A DNA stretch of 62,630 nt, the filler included, from a bacterium (GTDB taxonomy: Bacteria > UBP18 > UBA7526): assembly GCA_030615855.1 (NCBI GenBank). It is 3 parts of 3 records of this genome, joined end to end, with 100 filler letters (N's around TTAATTAATTAA, not from the genome) between each part and the next. Parts side by side here need not be neighbours in the genome. Positions count along the whole stretch, not along the records: positions 24,460 to 55,619 come from JAUWYL010000016.1; 2 more parts are not named here. The stretch is one strand, 5' to 3'. Position numbers and translations under genes: made by a program. Below are positions 36,843-45,694 of this stretch, one piece after another. Below the pieces are notes generated by a model, which was given only the letters and a program-made list of their open reading frames with translations, did no database searches and was not told where the DNA came from. The first letter of the stretch is position 1, and each line of letters opens with the position of its first letter.

Positions 36843-37841
36843 ATGAAGAAGATTGCAGTTCTGGGTGCTGGAAGCTGGGGAACTACCTTAGCCATACTAT
36901 TGGCCAAGAAGGGCCATGAAGTTAGCCTCTGGGAGTATCTTAAGGAACAGGCAGAGAGGCTCGATAGGGAGAGGGAGAATCGCCAGTTCCTTCCCGGAGT
37001 TCCTATTTCCAGGGAGATTTTTATCTCTTCAAACCTAAACGAGATAATCAAGGGGGCAGAGATAATATTAATCGTCGTTCCCTCCCAGGTCTTGAGAGAA
37101 GTGGTGGAGAAATTAGTGAAAGTAAAGATTTCACTCAAGACCATTCTCATCAGTGCCACAAAGGGTCTTGAGGTAGGAACAAACTTGAGGATGTCGGAGA
37201 TAATCAAACCCTACTTTTCAAAGAATGAGATAGTCGTCGTTTCCGGACCTTCTCATGCAGAGGAGGTCTCAAGGGAAATCCCGACCACCATCGTGGCCTC
37301 TGCTTCCAGCGCAAAACTAGCCCAGGAGATACAGGAGATATTCACCACTCCCTACTTCAGGGTCTATACCAACCCAGATACCATTGGAATAGAACTGGGA
37401 GGAGCCTTGAAAAATATCATCGCCATCGCCAGTGGAATATGTGACGGTCTGGGATTAGGGGACAATAGTAAGGCGGCTTTGATGACTCGGGGAATAGTAG
37501 AAATTGCCCGGCTGGGAGTAGCCATGGGAGCCAAGCAGGAGACCTTTGCTGGACTCTCCGGGATGGGAGATCTCATCACCACCTGTATCAGCAAGCATAG
37601 TAGAAACCGGGGCCTGGGAGAAAGAATTGCTAAAGGAAAGAAGTTGAAAGAGGCCCAGAGAGAGATCGGCATGGTTACTGAGGGGGTACCTACCACAAAA
37701 AGCGCTTATGAATTAGCCAAGAAGTATAAAGTGGAAATGCCCATTACTGAGGAGCTCTATAATATTCTCTTTAAAGGAAAAGATCCCAGGGACGCAGAGT
37801 TTGAACTCATGACCAGAAAGACAAAGAGGGAAGACCGGTGA
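36843..37841 (+). CDS. gpsA: NAD(P)H-dependent glycerol-3-phosphate dehydrogenase
   Basis: GAGSWGT, GPSHAEEV, GGALKN, GMGDLITTC.S..SRN. Confidence 0.96.
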   Translation: MKKIAVLGAGSWGTTLAILLAKKGHEVSLWEYLKEQAERLDRERENRQFLPGVPISREIFISSNLNEIIKGAEIILIVVPSQVLREVVEKLVKVKISLKTILISATKGLEVGTNLRMSEIIKPYFSKNEIVVVSGPSHAEEVSREIPTTIVASASSAKLAQEIQEIFTTPYFRVYTNPDTIGIELGGALKNIIAIASGICDGLGLGDNSKAALMTRGIVEIARLGVAMGAKQETFAGLSGMGDLITTCISKHSRNRGLGERIAKGKKLKEAQREIGMVTEGVPTTKSAYELAKKYKVEMPITEELYNILFKGKDPRDAEFELMTRKTKREDR

Positions 37842-38107
37842 TTAAGAAGGATCTGGTTAATAAGATAGCATCCCTCGGCCTCTCTAAGAAAAAGGCAAAG
37901 GAGGCCATGGAGACCATAATTGAGGGAATAGGGGAAAGCTTGGCCAGGGGAGAGAAGGTCCAGATTCAGGGGTTGGGCAGTTTTGACATTAGGGTTACCA
38001 AGGAAAGAAGGGGGCGCAACCCCAAGACCGGGGAGACCTTAAAGATTCCTTCTCGAAAGGTCCCTGTATTCCGTCCTGCTCCACCCTTGAAAGAGAGAGT
38101 AAAGTGA
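37838..38107 (+). CDS. HU/IHF family DNA-binding protein
   Basis: GLGSF...RRGRNPKTGE...VPVFRP. Confidence 0.93.
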   Translation: MIKKDLVNKIASLGLSKKKAKEAMETIIEGIGESLARGEKVQIQGLGSFDIRVTKERRGRNPKTGETLKIPSRKVPVFRPAPPLKERVK

Positions 38108-38421
38108 GAGTTCGTATTCCCAATAAACTCTTCTTCTCTATTACCGAGGTAAGTAAAATTACTAAGGTTCCCTCTCATGTCTTGAGATACTGGGAGAAGG
38201 AGTTCAAGCAATTTTTAAAACCTACAAAGTCCGAGATGAAAAGGAGGAGATATCAGAAAAAGGATATTCAGACTATTCTTGGAATAAAGGAGTTACTCTA
38301 TAAGGAAAGATATTCTATTGCCGGGGCAAAGAAGAGACTGAAACAGGAAACGGTCTTACCTGATCTAATAAAGGAATGTAAAAGAGAACTCCGCAAGATC
38401 CTAAGAGTCTTAAGCAAGTAA
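38104..38421 (+). CDS. MerR-family regulator (IHF-linked type)
   Basis: IP.K.FFSI.EVS...V..HVLRYWE.EF, RRY, YSIAGAK; familiar IHF-MerR-tRNA-Pro order. Confidence 0.88.
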   Translation: MRVRIPNKLFFSITEVSKITKVPSHVLRYWEKEFKQFLKPTKSEMKRRRYQKKDIQTILGIKELLYKERYSIAGAKKRLKQETVLPDLIKECKRELRKILRVLSK

Positions 38422-38422
38422 C

Positions 38423-38489
38423 TTAGCTATCGAGCTATCCAGCTATCAAGTTCTCGATGGCTCGATCGCTTGGTAGCTTGATTGCTGAA
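38423..38489. repeat. GCTATCGA 8-nt inverted repeat array
   Basis: gctatcga gctatcca gctatcaa ... tcgatggc tcgatcgc ttggtagc ttgattgc. Confidence 0.7.
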
Positions 38490-38494
38490 GTAAT

Positions 38495-38572
38495 CGGGGC
38501 GTAGCGCAGTTGGTTTAGCGCACCTGAATGGGGTTCAGGAGGTCGCTGGTTCGAATCCAGTCGCCCCGACCA
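38495..38572 (+). tRNA. tRNA-Pro(GGG)
   Basis: CGGGGCG/CGCCCCG acceptor, anticodon arm CCTGA-ATGGGGT-TCAGG, TTCGAAT T-loop, encoded CCA. Confidence 0.97.
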
Positions 38573-38599
38573 GTAATTAAATGACAAGGGTGACGAGGG

Positions 38600-38760
38600 T
38601 AGCAGCAAAGGTTACTAGCAGTTACTAATGGTTACTAACCGGTTACTAGCGGTTACCAGATTAGAATAAAAGCAACTGTTAGTAACAGTCCGGCTTTAGC
38701 CGGACGTAGTAACCCATAGTAACAGTTCCGCATGTGCGGGACGTAGTACCCGTTATCTTT
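38600..38760. repeat. GGTTACTA/TAGTAAC inverted array with inserted mini-hairpins
   Basis: Five GTTAC units, AAAAGCAAC centre, right arm interrupted by hairpins at 38688-38705 and 38725-38742. Confidence 0.85.
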
Positions 38761-38815
38761 TCTGTGGCCCCTGCCCCCCTTGTAACCCCTGAGAATTTGT
38801 ATCCCGGAGGAAAAT

Positions 38816-39109
38816 ATGAAGAAAGAAGATTATCAAAGAGGGAGGAAGATGATTAGAGAAAATATGGAGAGATTGGTAGATAGATATTTAGAGGAGATTA
38901 TTCGTTATAAAGAAGAACTGGCAGGGATCGATCTCTCTAAGATAGAGAAGTCTAAGGAAGCGACAGAAAAGACGGAGATGCGCAATGCCAAACTCCTGGC
39001 CCTCTTAGAGATCCAGGAGATTACCAATCAGATGATTAAGGAATTAAATGCCCTCAAAATTAGTGAACCTCGCCCTCCGATCTCATCGGAGAACGAGGGT
39101 GAAGAATAA
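38816..39109 (+). CDS. hypothetical helical protein
   Basis: GGAGG RBS, 97-aa charged ORF, followed by terminator. Confidence 0.65.
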   Translation: MKKEDYQRGRKMIRENMERLVDRYLEEIIRYKEELAGIDLSKIEKSKEATEKTEMRNAKLLALLEIQEITNQMIKELNALKISEPRPPISSENEGEE

Positions 39110-39143
39110 AGAGTCAGGAAACAAGACTTCAATTACTATATTC

Positions 39144-39165
39144 GCCCACAGAAGTGGGCTTTTTT
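39144..39165 (+). terminator. rho-independent terminator
   Basis: GCCCAC-AGAA-GTGGGC followed by TTTTTT. Confidence 0.75.
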
Positions 39166-39305
39166 GAAGTATCGGAATTTGTTGAAGAGATGCAAACAGA
39201 TGGATGCAGATGCAAACGGATAAACCATCCGTCTGAATCCGCTCAAATTCGTATGCATCCGCGTCTTTCCGAGCGTAGCGAGGATATCTTGAGGGATAGG
39301 TCAGG

Positions 39306-40601
39306 ATGAACAAAGAGCTAAAATTACCCCTGCTATTGAAGACCATGTACGGAGTGGGATCTGGAGGGTTCGCCCTAGTAATCTTAGCCATAGGAACATG
39401 GACCGTCTACTACTACGCTCCTCCTTCGGAGCGAGGGTTGATGACTTATGCTCCCATGGCCCTATTAGGAACCGCCATGATGATTGGGAGGGTTGTGGAT
39501 GCCCTAACCGATCCCTTGATTGCTCAATGGAGCGATAGGACCAGATCACGCTGGGGAAGGAGGATTCCCTTCATTCTATTTGGTAGCCTGCCCTTGGTCT
39601 TATCCTTTATCCTCGTTTGGAATCCACCAGTACCAGGAAGTTCTGTGGTCAATTTTGTCTATCTGGTTTTGACGTTAGGCCTCTTTTTTTTATTCTATAC
39701 GGTGGTGATTGTTCCTTACTCTGCCCTCTTACCAGAATTAACATCGTCTTCAAAGGAGAGGATCAGTCTGGCCACCTGGCAGGGATTTTTTAGAATATTG
39801 GGGCTTATTATCGGTTTTTTAGGTTCTTCCTTTCTCATTGAGAGATTAGGTTTTAAAGCCATGGCCACTATCTTAGGTATGGTGGTTTTAGTTTGTCTCT
39901 ATTGCCCAGTACTTGTTGTTAAAGAGCGAAACGTACATCTCAGGAAATCAAAATTTGCTTTCCGTCAATCTATTATTCAAACCTTTAGGAATAAACCCTT
40001 CAGATATTACATCGGTGGTTATATATTTTTTTGGTTTGCCTTCACTCTCTTGACCATGGGGATCCCCTATATCGTTACCGAGTTGATGGGACTTGGCAAA
40101 GGAGATGTGGGGTTAATTGTGACTCCTTCGTTAGTAGTAGTGATCCTATCTTTCCCCCTTATACAGAGGATTGCTTCCCAGAAGGGTAAGAAGTTTACCG
40201 TTATCCTTTCTTTAGTTTTGCTCTGCGCCGCCTTCTTTCTCATCCCTTCCATTGGCCATTGGCCATTCGGAATTTCCAAGGCTCTTCAAGGGCAGATACT
40301 CCTGGGCCTGGCCGGCATTCCCATAGCAACATTATTTGCTCTCCCCAACGCTATGATTGCTGACTTGGTAGATTATGACGAGAAAGTCACGGGTTCGAGA
40401 AGGGAAGCAATGTACTTTGGCATGCAGGGTCTGATGCTTAAGTTCGCCATCGCACTATCGGCGCTTTTCTTCGGTTTTCTGCTTAGAACTTTTGGCTATA
40501 GCTCAGCCGAACCAATGGGCATCTTTCTTTTAGGGCCTGTGGCGGGCGTCTTTGTATTGCTCGGACTTTTAATTTTTCGCAGGTATCCTATTACCACATA
40601 A
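39306..40601 (+). CDS. MFS transporter, GPH/MelB-like
   Basis: DALTDPL...SDRTRSRWGRR.PF, PYSALLPEL, D.VDYDE..TG.RREAMYFG. Confidence 0.9.
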   Translation: MNKELKLPLLLKTMYGVGSGGFALVILAIGTWTVYYYAPPSERGLMTYAPMALLGTAMMIGRVVDALTDPLIAQWSDRTRSRWGRRIPFILFGSLPLVLSFILVWNPPVPGSSVVNFVYLVLTLGLFFLFYTVVIVPYSALLPELTSSSKERISLATWQGFFRILGLIIGFLGSSFLIERLGFKAMATILGMVVLVCLYCPVLVVKERNVHLRKSKFAFRQSIIQTFRNKPFRYYIGGYIFFWFAFTLLTMGIPYIVTELMGLGKGDVGLIVTPSLVVVILSFPLIQRIASQKGKKFTVILSLVLLCAAFFLIPSIGHWPFGISKALQGQILLGLAGIPIATLFALPNAMIADLVDYDEKVTGSRREAMYFGMQGLMLKFAIALSALFFGFLLRTFGYSSAEPMGIFLLGPVAGVFVLLGLLIFRRYPITT

Positions 40602-40885
40602 TTGGTTAGCCGGTGAGCCGGTGAACCAGTATATAAGTTGACAAGGATACAAGTTGACAAGGAAATACGAAAATACGTAAATAAGAATACAAAATACAGG
40701 TTACGTCAAAGGGTTAGGGTAACGAAGCCCGTATCGGTAACGTCTAAAGGTTACATCTTTAAAGACGAACTACGTAACCCCTAAACGAAACGGGCATCTT
40801 AACCCTGACCGTAACCGAATAACTTTTAACGTATTCACCTATTCACTTATCGACTTGTCAACTAATTCCAAGCGGAGCGAGGGAA
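40602..40885. repeat. mosaic of repeat arms around GCCCGT...ACGGGC copy 2
   Basis: AAGTTGAC/GTCAACT arms, AAATAC units, structured core 40723-40806, CCAAGCGGAGCGAGG before the ATG. Confidence 0.8.
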
Positions 40886-40889
40886 TCTG

Positions 40890-41771
40890 ATGGGCTATCT
40901 CTTAGCTTTAGTGAGGTATTTTCTATACTACATGGGGAGGATTATATTCTGTCGCCTCCTTCCTAAAGAGTTAAGTTACAGAATCACCCGACTTATGGCA
41001 GATGCCCACTACTTTTTGGCTCGTCCCACCAGGAGAGCATTAATCTCTAATCTAAGGGTAGTCTGGGGAAAGGAAAAGAGTGAAAAAGAGATAAGGAGAA
41101 TGGCCCGCCGCACCTTCCGCAGGTTCTCAGGCTACGCAGTAGACTTCTTTTATTCCCCCCAGATGAATGAGGATAATATCGATGATTGGGTTACCATAAA
41201 GGACCTCCATTATATGGATGAGGCTCTTTCTCGAGGAAAGGGAGTGGTGGCCTTAAGCGCCCACTTAGGGAACTGGGAGCTGGGAGCGATCACCCTGGCT
41301 TTGAAGGGATATAAAATGAACGCCATTACCTTAAGCCATGGAGAGAGAAGAGCCACGGATATCTTTCGAAAGCAAAGAGAGGCCAAGGGGATAAAAGTCA
41401 TTCCTTTAGGAGTGGCCATAAGGAGATGCTTTCAGGCATTGAAGAATAATGAACTCTTAGCTATGCTTGGGGATAGAGATGTGGAAGGGAAGGGAATAAG
41501 GGTGGAGTTCTTCGGCAAAGAGGCCGTTGTTCCTAAGGGTCCGGCTACCTTTTCCCTGGAAACGGGAGCAGCCATCGTTCCGAGCTTTATGTTCAGAAAA
41601 GGCGATAAGTATGAATTAACCTTTGAGAAGCCCATCCTGCCTAAGCCTACGGGAGATAAGAAAAAGGACATTCTCAATCTTACTAAGGAGTGCCTCAAGG
41701 TGATCGAAAGATATATCAGGGAACATCCTGAAGAGTGGTTCCTCTTTCACCCAATGTGGCCTTCCACATAA
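40890..41771 (+). CDS. LpxL/HtrB-type lysophospholipid acyltransferase
   Basis: SAHLGNWEL, LGDRD, VEFFG, HPEEWF.FH..W. Confidence 0.88.
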   Translation: MGYLLALVRYFLYYMGRIIFCRLLPKELSYRITRLMADAHYFLARPTRRALISNLRVVWGKEKSEKEIRRMARRTFRRFSGYAVDFFYSPQMNEDNIDDWVTIKDLHYMDEALSRGKGVVALSAHLGNWELGAITLALKGYKMNAITLSHGERRATDIFRKQREAKGIKVIPLGVAIRRCFQALKNNELLAMLGDRDVEGKGIRVEFFGKEAVVPKGPATFSLETGAAIVPSFMFRKGDKYELTFEKPILPKPTGDKKKDILNLTKECLKVIERYIREHPEEWFLFHPMWPST

Positions 41772-41799
41772 GTGCCTGATTAGCCTTGTCCTTCGTCAT

Positions 41800-42101
41800 A
41801 CGTTGAAGGGTTACGTCGAAAAATTAAATATTAAAAATTAAATATCAAAATTAAGGAGTTTTAATTTGTAATTTTACATTTTGCATTGTCATTTTACATT
41901 TTCATTTTTAATTTTTGATATTACGCTGCATCATTTAATACGAGTAGCGTAACCGCCCCTCGCCGTTGGTTCGGAATACTTCATTTCGGCGAGGTATCCT
42001 GAACAAAGTGAAGGGCAACCGATCGACGATAACCGTCAACATCTGTCATCCGTGTGAATCCGTAATAAATCCGTGCTAATCCGTGCCCGAACGAAGTGAG
42101 G
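41800..42101. repeat. nested repeat mosaic (AT-rich 7-nt hairpin inside GGTTACG/CGTAACC, then ATCCGTG arm)
   Basis: AAAATTA/ATTTT arrays 41819-41922 between ggttacg and cgtaacc; ATC units at 42048/42058/42069/42079. Confidence 0.8.
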
Positions 42102-42106
42102 AAGAG

Positions 42107-42769
42107 ATGAAGACTTGTGTTATCATCCCGGCCTATAATATTGAGAAGACCCTTCCCAGAGTAATTAAGGGTGCCCAGAAGTATGTTGATAAAGTAATCG
42201 TCGTTGATGATGGTTCAGACGACGCTACTTTTAAAAGGGCAAAGGAGGCCGGAGCAGAGGTTTTAAGACATGAGAAGAATCTTGGCAAGGGAAAGGCTTT
42301 ATGTACCGGCTTAGAACGTGTTTTAAAGAAAGGTTTTGAACAGATAATCCTCATGGATGGCGATGGCCAGCACGACCCGAATGAAATACCGAAGTTTCTG
42401 TTTGCCGCCCAGGATCCTAAGGTAGATATGGTTATCGGTTCTCGGATGGAGAATATAAAGGATATGCCCAGAGAACGCTTAGTGGTTAACAGGATCGGTT
42501 CTTTCCTCACCTCTCTTTTAGCAAGACAGAGGATCCCAGACAGCCAGTCTGGATACCGCCTGGTGAAGAACAAGGTATTAAAAGAGATCACCCTCACCTC
42601 CCGGCGCTATGATATAGAGTCTGAGATGCTCATTAAGGCGGGGAAGAGGGGATTCGGAATAAAGAGTATCCCCATAAAGACCATCTATCGCCAGGAAATA
42701 AGCCACTTCCATAAGTTCTGGGATACCTTGAGATTCATAAAACTTATTTTAAAAGGGGTGTGGTGGTAA
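42107..42769 (+). CDS. GT2 glycosyltransferase (DPM-synthase-like)
   Basis: IIPAYN, VVDDGS.D, NLGKG.AL, MDGDGQH, DSQSGYR. Confidence 0.92.
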   Translation: MKTCVIIPAYNIEKTLPRVIKGAQKYVDKVIVVDDGSDDATFKRAKEAGAEVLRHEKNLGKGKALCTGLERVLKKGFEQIILMDGDGQHDPNEIPKFLFAAQDPKVDMVIGSRMENIKDMPRERLVVNRIGSFLTSLLARQRIPDSQSGYRLVKNKVLKEITLTSRRYDIESEMLIKAGKRGFGIKSIPIKTIYRQEISHFHKFWDTLRFIKLILKGVWW

Positions 42770-43292
42770 CAACAGATAGGTAATACAACGGATAACACGG
42801 ATAAAACTGATGGAATTACTGCATAAAGAGTTAACCTATAAAATCCGGAAGTGTCTTTTTGAGGTTTATAATACTCTTGGACCTGGCTTCGATGAGTCAG
42901 TTTATCTCAAGTCATTGACTATAGAATTCAAACATCATGGTATAGCATATGAAACGGAAAAGCCAATCAAAGTCCGTTATAAGGGTACTCTAGTAAAGAA
43001 TTACAAACTTGATCTTGTAGTAGAAAATAAAATCATATTAGAGATTAAAGCGGTAACAAAATTAAATCCTGCGTTCAAATCCCAAATCATATCTTATTTA
43101 AAGGCAGCCCAGTTAGACTTAGGGCTTTTAATAAACTTTGGGAAAGAAAGATTAGAAATTGAAAGAATAATTCTTTCTAATAAAATTAAGTACAACAGAT
43201 AGATAATACATCGGATAACGCAGATAGCGCGGATGAGTAATGACAAAGTATCAGCGTAATCCGCGAAATCTGTTGTAACGAAATCCGTTGTA
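42768..43292. mobile_element. candidate GxxExxY-carrying repeat element
   Basis: Left arm (ACAACAGAT...TACAACGGAT) duplicated on both sides of the gene; complementary right arm ends ATCTGTTGTA...ATCCGTTGTA; gene-free copy at 44916-45029. Confidence 0.6.
42810..43202 (+). CDS. GxxExxY protein (PD-(D/E)XK-like nuclease fold)
   Basis: LGPGFDESVY, YKLDLVVENKIILEIKA, QIISYLKA, GLLINFG; 130 aa. Confidence 0.93.
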   Translation: MELLHKELTYKIRKCLFEVYNTLGPGFDESVYLKSLTIEFKHHGIAYETEKPIKVRYKGTLVKNYKLDLVVENKIILEIKAVTKLNPAFKSQIISYLKAAQLDLGLLINFGKERLEIERIILSNKIKYNR

Positions 43293-43312
43293 TACATAAT
43301 CGAGGTGTACTG

Positions 43313-43723
43313 GTGAGGATACATAAAGAAGTCTTAAACATCGCTACTCAGAAGAGGACACATTTAATTAATGTTACTTCTCAGGTTTGGGACATTGTAG
43401 GAAGATCGAGAATCAAAGATGGGCTCCTATCCCTCTATGTCAGCCATACCACAAGTGGCATCCTGATTAACGAGAATGAGGCAGGACTAAAAGAAGATAT
43501 AGAGAAGTCTTTGGAAAAACTCTTTCCAAAAGGGGGAAAGTATCTTCACAACCGGGTGGATAATAATGCCGATGCCCACCTCAAGTCAACCTTCCTGGGT
43601 AGCACCCTTACCCTTCCCGTTACTGGAGGGAGCCTCCATCTCGGGATGTGGCAGAGTATTTTCTTCGCCGAATTCGACGGCCCCAGAAATCGAAATCTCA
43701 CCGTCATGGTCATCGGCGAATAG
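43313..43723 (+). CDS. YjbQ/UPF0047 family protein
   Basis: HTT..I.INE, YLHN...NADAHLKS, LG.WQSIFF.EFDGPR.R. Confidence 0.92.
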   Translation: MRIHKEVLNIATQKRTHLINVTSQVWDIVGRSRIKDGLLSLYVSHTTSGILINENEAGLKEDIEKSLEKLFPKGGKYLHNRVDNNADAHLKSTFLGSTLTLPVTGGSLHLGMWQSIFFAEFDGPRNRNLTVMVIGE

Positions 43724-43729
43724 TTTAAC

Positions 43730-43890
43730 AAAAAGTTACTAACAGTTACTAAAAAGGTTACTAACGGTTACTAATGGTTACAAAAGCAACCGATAGTAAC
43801 AGGCCCGCTTGTAGCGGGACGTAGTAACCAATAGTAACAGCGAAGTTCTACTACCGGATGGTGTAGGGCGAAGCGTAGTAACCGTGATAA
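43730..43890. repeat. GGTTACTA/TAGTAAC inverted array with inserted mini-hairpins
   Basis: Same family as 38600-38760; centre AAAAGCAAC 43782-43790; hairpin 43802-43820. Confidence 0.85.
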
Positions 43891-43911
43891 TCTTTTCTGA
43901 AAGGTAATTGT

Positions 43912-44931
43912 ATGCCCTCTAAAGTGGGTCTCGTCTATTCAGATGAATATCTAAAACATGATACGGGAGATCATCCAGAGAATAGCAAGCGCCTTGAGGC
44001 TATCCTAAGCTTCCTGAAAGGGAAGAATGTTCTTAAAGATTTAACCTTTATCAATCCCAGAAAAGCAGACTTAAAAGAAATCGAATATCTCCATAGCTCT
44101 TCTTACATCCAGGGAGTAAGAGAACTCTGTAAACGAGGAGGAGGATTTTTAGATCCCGATACCCCGGTATCTAAAGAATCCTTCCAGGTTGCTCTCTTAG
44201 CAGCGGGTGGAGTATTTAGTGCTATCGATAGAATAGTGGATGATCTGGATAGCGCTTTCTGCCTCATTCGTCCTCCGGGCCATCACGCTTTAAAAAAGAA
44301 GGGAATGGGCTTCTGCGTCTTCAATAATATTGCCTTGGGGGCAAGGTATGCCCAGAATAAGCATCGTCTAAAGAAGATTTTAATCCTCGATTGGGACGTC
44401 CATCATGGAAACGGAACCCAAGAGGCTTTCTATCGCGACCCTTCCGTCTTATACTTCTCCCTTCATCGCTATCCCCACTATCCAGGAACAGGAGATATCG
44501 AGGAGATTGGAGAGGGAGAGGGAAGAGGATATACGGTGAATGTCCCTCTTCCTCCAGGATGCGGGGATGGCGACTATATCTACATCTTTAAAGAAATCCT
44601 TCTTCCCATAATGAAAGATTTCAAACCGGGTATCACCCTCATTTCCGCAGGATTTGATGCTCATGCGGATGACCCTTTAGGAGGAATGAGCCTCACTTCT
44701 CAAGGCTACGGAGCACTAACCACTTTAGTAAGAGAATCTTCTAAGGGAATAGTCTCCTGTCTGGAAGGGGGATATAATCTAAAGGCCTTAAGAGAATCCG
44801 TTCTTGCCCACCTGGACTCTTTAGGGGAATTCAATCTCTTTCCCAAAGAGAGAATAGACGAGGAGCCCAATAGAGGAGTTAAGGAAATAGTAAAAAAGGT
44901 AAAGGGAATCCATAGTAAGTACACCAGATAA
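43912..44931 (+). CDS. histone deacetylase family (acetylpolyamine/lysine deacetylase)
   Basis: HPE...RL, RPPGHHA, GFCVFNN, DWDVHHGNGTQ, SAGFDAH..DPL, LEGGY. Confidence 0.93.
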   Translation: MPSKVGLVYSDEYLKHDTGDHPENSKRLEAILSFLKGKNVLKDLTFINPRKADLKEIEYLHSSSYIQGVRELCKRGGGFLDPDTPVSKESFQVALLAAGGVFSAIDRIVDDLDSAFCLIRPPGHHALKKKGMGFCVFNNIALGARYAQNKHRLKKILILDWDVHHGNGTQEAFYRDPSVLYFSLHRYPHYPGTGDIEEIGEGEGRGYTVNVPLPPGCGDGDYIYIFKEILLPIMKDFKPGITLISAGFDAHADDPLGGMSLTSQGYGALTTLVRESSKGIVSCLEGGYNLKALRESVLAHLDSLGEFNLFPKERIDEEPNRGVKEIVKKVKGIHSKYTR

Positions 44932-45029
44932 ATAATACATCAGACAACACGGATAATACAGATATATTGGACTTAAGAAATCCGCGTAATCAGTTGTAAC
45001 GAAATCCGTTGTAACATAATCCGTTGTAA
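44916..45029. repeat. gene-free copy of the GxxExxY-associated inverted repeat
   Basis: 34/40 identity of 44916-44955 to 43187-43226; 21-nt identical GTTGTAACGAAATCCGTTGTA at 44993 and 43272. Confidence 0.85.
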
Positions 45030-45040
45030 TGGAGTTTTGG

Positions 45041-45694
45041 ATGAAGGATGAGATTGAGTTTGCCCAATTGAGAGAAAGGATGGTCGCCACCCAGATTGCC
45101 AGCCGGGGGATTGAGGATAAGAGGGTCTTGGGGGTTATGGCCAAAGTTCCCAGGCACAGATTCGTTCTGCCCGAGTATCTGGATAGCGCCTATGAAGACC
45201 ATCCCCTGCCCATTGGTGAGGGACAGACCATATCCCAGCCCTATATGGTGGCTCTGATGACCGAGTGTCTGGGATTGAAAGGGGATGAGAAAGTTTTGGA
45301 AATAGGAACCGGCTCTGGTTATCAGGCAGCCATCTTGGCAGAGATCTCTAAAGAAGTCTATACCATAGAGAGGGTTGAGAACCTAGCAGAAAGGGCAAAG
45401 AAGGTATTGAGTGATTTAGGATATGAAAATGTAAAGGTAATTATTGGGGACGGCTCACGAGGGTTAGAGAAAGAAGCCCCCTTCGATGGAATTATTGTCA
45501 CCGCTGGCGCCCCCATCTTACCTAAGAGTTTAGTCGATCAGTTGGCTGAGGGAGGGAAGATGGTCATTCCTGTGGGCGGTTCCTTTTCTCAGGCCCTGCT
45601 CTTGGTAGAGAAGGAGAAGGGAAAGGTAAAGACCACCAGTGTCTGTGGTTGTGTCTTCGTCCCTTTGATTGGGGAATATGGATGGAAGAGATAG
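45041..45694 (+). CDS. pcm: protein-L-isoaspartate O-methyltransferase
   Basis: VPRHRFV, AYED.PLPIG.GQTISQP, VLEIGTGSGYQAA, FVPL. Confidence 0.96.
   Translation: MKDEIEFAQLRERMVATQIASRGIEDKRVLGVMAKVPRHRFVLPEYLDSAYEDHPLPIGEGQTISQPYMVALMTECLGLKGDEKVLEIGTGSGYQAAILAEISKEVYTIERVENLAERAKKVLSDLGYENVKVIIGDGSRGLEKEAPFDGIIVTAGAPILPKSLVDQLAEGGKMVIPVGGSFSQALLLVEKEKGKVKTTSVCGCVFVPLIGEYGWKR

Noticed and set aside
38600-38760. Repeat/variable-insert pattern as a CRISPR array
   Set aside because: Units are ~10 nt, degenerate and in inverted arms; no 23-47 nt repeats with regular spacers and no cas genes.
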